DNA of 64,000 nucleotides from an uncultured Thermus sp. (GTDB lineage Bacteria; Deinococcota; Deinococci; Deinococcales; Thermaceae): NCBI GenBank assembly GCA_947085095.1, contig CAMTVD010000035.1, positions 1 to 64,000 of the forward strand, read 5' to 3'. Shown piece by piece: positions 60,821 to 64,000 of this stretch (position 1 is its first letter; each line of letters starts with the position of its first letter). The notes under the pieces were generated by a model. It saw only the letters and a program-made list of their open reading frames with translations, ran no database searches and was not told where the DNA came from. The position numbers and the translations under genes were made by a program.

Positions 60821-61963
60821 ATGGAGGTCTTTCTCCTGGTCCTGCGCAACCTCATGGCCCGGCCCGTGCGGAGCCTGCTCACCCTCCTTGGGGTGGTGGT
60901 GGCCACCAGCAGCATGGTCCTCTTCCTTTCCTTCGGAGAGGGCCTGCGCAAGGCCCTCTTCCAGGAGCTCTCCCGGGTAGGGCCCGCCATCCAGGTGGTG
61001 CCCGAAGGCGTAGAGGGCTTCGGCTTTGGGGCTTTCCCCGAGATCACCCCGGAGAGCTTTCGCGCCCTGGAGGAGGCGGGGAAAAACCTGGGCGTAAGGG
61101 CCGTCATCCCCACCCTTTTCCTCACCCGGGGTGGGTTTGACCCCAGCACCAGCTTCTTCTTCCAGGGCCTGCCTGAAGGAACCGCCCCCGACCTCCTCTA
61201 CCCCGGGACGAAGAGCAAGGAGGGCCGCCTCCTCCCCTCGGCAAGGGGCGCGGTGGTGGGGGCCAAGGTGGCCAAGCGAAGTGAACTGGGCCTGGGAAGC
61301 CCCCTGCGCCTCTCCCCCAGGGTGGAGCTTAGGGTGGAAGGGGTCCTGGAAGAAACCGGGGGGCTCGCCGACAACCTCATCTTCGTCCCCCTTCCCGCGC
61401 TGCAGGAGGTCCTGGGCACCAGGAACTACAGCACGGTGCTGGTGGCCCTGAACCCCGGGCAGAAGGCGGAGGAAGTGGCCCGGGCCCTGGAAGGGGCCGT
61501 CCCCGGCCTCAAGGCCCAGACCACGAGTGAGGTGATGCGCTTCGCCGAGAGGGCCTTGCGCATCAGCGACCTGGTGCGCTTTGGCATCAGCCTGGTGGCC
61601 CTCGTTGTGGGCGGGCTCCTCGTGGCCAACACCGTGATGATGTCCGTCTACGAGCGCATCCGCGAGTTCGGGGTCATGCGGGCCCTGGGGGCCAAACGGG
61701 GCTTCATCTTCCGCCTGGTCATCCTCGAGGCCCTCCTCCTCGCCCTCCTGGGGGGGGTTTTAGGCCTAGGGGTAGGAAGCCTAGCCTCCTCGGCCATCAA
61801 CCTCTACACCGTGGACCAGGTGGGCCTGGCCCTCTCCGCCATCACCCCCAGGCTCGCCCTCTTCGCCCTGGGGGTGGCCCTAACCCTTGGCCTGCTGGCC
61901 GGTCTGCTTCCCGCCCACAACGCCAGCCGCATCCCGGTGGTGGAAGCCCTGGGGAGGGTGTAG
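60821..61963 (+). CDS. ABC transporter permease (MacB/FtsX type)
   Basis: [35 protein letters not shown]. Confidence 0.9.
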   Translation: MEVFLLVLRNLMARPVRSLLTLLGVVVATSSMVLFLSFGEGLRKALFQELSRVGPAIQVVPEGVEGFGFGAFPEITPESFRALEEAGKNLGVRAVIPTLFLTRGGFDPSTSFFFQGLPEGTAPDLLYPGTKSKEGRLLPSARGAVVGAKVAKRSELGLGSPLRLSPRVELRVEGVLEETGGLADNLIFVPLPALQEVLGTRNYSTVLVALNPGQKAEEVARALEGAVPGLKAQTTSEVMRFAERALRISDLVRFGISLVALVVGGLLVANTVMMSVYERIREFGVMRALGAKRGFIFRLVILEALLLALLGGVLGLGVGSLASSAINLYTVDQVGLALSAITPRLALFALGVALTLGLLAGLLPAHNASRIPVVEALGRV

Positions 61964-62656
61964 ATGCTCAGAGCCGAGAACCTGACCAAGCGCTACCGGC
62001 AAGGGGAGAAAGAGGTGGTGGCCCTCCAGGGCTTCACCTACGCCTTTCCCAAGGGGGCCACGGCGGTGGTGGGGCCTTCGGGCAGCGGAAAGACCACCCT
62101 CCTAAACCTTCTCGCTGGCTTTGACCTGCCCACGGAGGGCGGGGTCTTCCTGGGGGAAACCCCCCTCCACCGCCTCCCCGAGGACGAGCGGGCAGGCGTG
62201 CGCCTCAGGCACATGGGTTTCGTCTTCCAGCAGTGGAATCTAATCCCCACGCTCACCGCCCTGGAGAACGTGGCCTTTCCCCTCCTCCTTTCGGGCTGGC
62301 CCCAGGGGAAGCGCCAGAAGCGGGCAGCGGAGGTGCTGGAACAGGTGGGCCTGGCCCACCGCCTCCACCACCTGCCAAACCGCCTCTCCGGTGGGGAGCA
62401 ACAAAGGGTGGCCCTGGCCCGGGCCCTGGCCCTGGACCCCGAGATCCTCTTCGCCGACGAGCCCACGGGCAACCTGGACGCCGAGAGCCGGGAGCAGGTG
62501 GCCGCCCTCCTCTTCGCCGCGGGGGAGGCCCGCACCCTGATCCTGGTTACCCACGACCTGGAGCTGGCCCAAAGGGCCGGGCGGATCCTCTACCTCAAGG
62601 GGGGGCGGCTCGTTCGGGAGGAGATCCTAAAGGTTCCTCAGGGCCAGAACCTCTAG
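61964..62656 (+). CDS. ABC transporter ATP-binding protein (LolD/MacB type)
   Basis: GPSGSGKTT, LSGGEQQR, ADEPTGNLD, VTHD. Confidence 0.92.
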   Translation: MLRAENLTKRYRQGEKEVVALQGFTYAFPKGATAVVGPSGSGKTTLLNLLAGFDLPTEGGVFLGETPLHRLPEDERAGVRLRHMGFVFQQWNLIPTLTALENVAFPLLLSGWPQGKRQKRAAEVLEQVGLAHRLHHLPNRLSGGEQQRVALARALALDPEILFADEPTGNLDAESREQVAALLFAAGEARTLILVTHDLELAQRAGRILYLKGGRLVREEILKVPQGQNL

Positions 62657-63436
62657 GGCCTTCTCCCGGTTCCCGTTGCAGCTTATTCGCCTGGGGGCGG
62701 AAAGGAAGCGCACCGAATAACCCAGGCGCCGATAAAGCTCCACCACCCGCGGGGTGGCCTGATTGGATATCACCACAGGACCAGGGTGCTCGGCCAGCCA
62801 CTCCGCCAGGTCCACCTGGTCCTCAAAGCGGAACCCCCCCGGACTGTACTCCGTGAACTCCACATCGTAAGGGGGGTCAGCGTAGACGAAATCCTCGGGG
62901 AGAAGAGACACCTGGCGAAAGTCCATGCAGGTGAACTCCCAGTTGCGGAAAGCTTGCTTGTAGGAAGAAAAGTCCCGCATGTAGGCAACGACCTTGTATT
63001 TACCGAAGGGAACGTTGAACTCGCCTTTGCGGTTGAAGCGGCAAAGACCGTTATAGCCCGTGCGGTTAAGGTAGTAGAAGAGTTCAGCGGCCTCTTGGGA
63101 GTCTGCCTGACCCTCCCGAATAAGCTGATTAAAACGTGCCCGGTAAGCGTAGTAGAGTTCCCGATCGTAGCGCATCTCCAGCTTCAGAACGAGCCCCCTC
63201 TTGAGCCAGCGGTAGAAGTTGATGAGGTGCGGATTGATATCGTTAAGAAGCGCCCTTTCCGGCATCAACCCCAGGGCCACGGCCAAGCCGCCAGCGAAAG
63301 GCTCCACTAGCCTCCGGTGGCGGTGGGGCCTATACATCTTTTCCAGATAGGGCACCAACCACCGCTTACCCCCCGCCCATTTGAGGGGAGGGTCCAGCCT
63401 CTTGGACGCAGGGTTGGGGAAAAGGGGGGTGATCAT
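62627..63436 (-). CDS. Dam-family (D12 class) DNA adenine methyltransferase
   Basis: LKWAGGK, EPFAGG, NDIN, LNRTGYNGLCRFN..GEFNVPFG, DPPY; lower GC. Confidence 0.92.
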   Translation of the reverse strand: MITPLFPNPASKRLDPPLKWAGGKRWLVPYLEKMYRPHRHRRLVEPFAGGLAVALGLMPERALLNDINPHLINFYRWLKRGLVLKLEMRYDRELYYAYRARFNQLIREGQADSQEAAELFYYLNRTGYNGLCRFNRKGEFNVPFGKYKVVAYMRDFSSYKQAFRNWEFTCMDFRQVSLLPEDFVYADPPYDVEFTEYSPGGFRFEDQVDLAEWLAEHPGPVVISNQATPRVVELYRRLGYSVRFLSAPRRISCNGNREKALEVLALRNL

Positions 63437-63444
63437 ATTGGCCG

Positions 63445-63888
63445 TTAGCCCCTTCTTCTCCTGCGCACCGGCCTGCTTTCAAAGAACTCCCTTAGCCAGG
63501 CCTCCAAAAAAGACTCGTGTATGAAGCCCTCGGTGAGGGCCCAGCGGCGCATTTTGGGTCCAAACCCCGAGCCTCCCACCACAACCACAGAGTGCACGCC
63601 AAAGATCCGGTCCCTCCTGGCCTCCTCCGCCGCCCGGAAGAGCTTATCCTCAGCGCTACCGGAGGTGGACTGCCACTTGCACTCCAAAAAGAGATAAGGC
63701 CGGAGGTCCTCCTTTAGCAGAACCACCACATCCACCTTCCTGCCCTGCTCACGGATAGCGCTTCCGTGGGGGGACGGGTATTCCACCTCCACGTGGAAGC
63801 GCCCCTCGAGGCCAGCTTCCCGGATGATGCGCTCCACCGTTTCCCTAACCTTCTCCCTGAAAAGGTCGCCTGAGGACGGGGAGGTCAT
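63445..63888 (-). CDS. PD-(D/E)XK superfamily nuclease (putative restriction partner)
   Basis: KVD...LECKWQSTSGSAEDKL; TATGAT 6 nt before ATG 63888; co-oriented upstream of the MTase. Confidence 0.72.
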   Translation of the reverse strand: MTSPSSGDLFREKVRETVERIIREAGLEGRFHVEVEYPSPHGSAIREQGRKVDVVVLLKEDLRPYLFLECKWQSTSGSAEDKLFRAAEEARRDRIFGVHSVVVVGGSGFGPKMRRWALTEGFIHESFLEAWLREFFESRPVRRRRRG

Positions 63889-63942
63889 GCCTCCATCATA
63901 CGGGGACATCTGGCCCAAGGGCCCTGTGGCACAATACCCCCC

Positions 63943-64000
63943 ATGGGCAAGCGCATGGTGGTGGTGGGTGGGGTGGCGGGCGGGGCCTCCGCCGCCGCCA
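63943..64000 (+). CDS. Flavoprotein disulfide reductase (CoA-disulfide reductase/NADH oxidase-like), N-terminal fragment
   Basis: MGKRMVVVGGVAGGASAAA Rossmann motif; truncated by window edge. Confidence 0.75.
   Translation, partial: MGKRMVVVGGVAGGASAAA

Overview
GC-rich Thermus chromosomal window, identified from the RpoB/RpoC, RecA and 5S rRNA sequences and the 5S-tRNA-Gly operon end. Most of it is core housekeeping: moaA, ispH, dusA, glgC/glgA, a LonC-type protease, penicillin acylase, tRNA-fMet, mutM, a TPP-riboswitch thiamine ABC transporter, rpoB-rpoC, fabZ-mreB, cinA-thpR-recA-rny, mltG, ruvX and alaS. Three accessory pieces stand out. (1) A lower-GC BstYI/BglII-family type II restriction-modification pair between ispH and dusA. 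(2) A Dam-family methyltransferase with a short PD-(D/E)XK nuclease near the right end. (3) A locus at about 20.5-27.8 kb, the best candidate for an undescribed system. It has a helical-repeat/winged-helix/BTAD-like activator, a convergent small gene encoding a signal peptide followed by CWDPSC, and two divergent promoters with identical GCGTAACC-N10-(T/C)ACCCT geometry. It also has a low-GC beta-propeller gene followed by four tandem MFS genes. The reading as a peptide-signalling regulon is inference. No CRISPR array, integrase or transposase was seen. Family assignments come from motif recognition by eye; no database searches were run.
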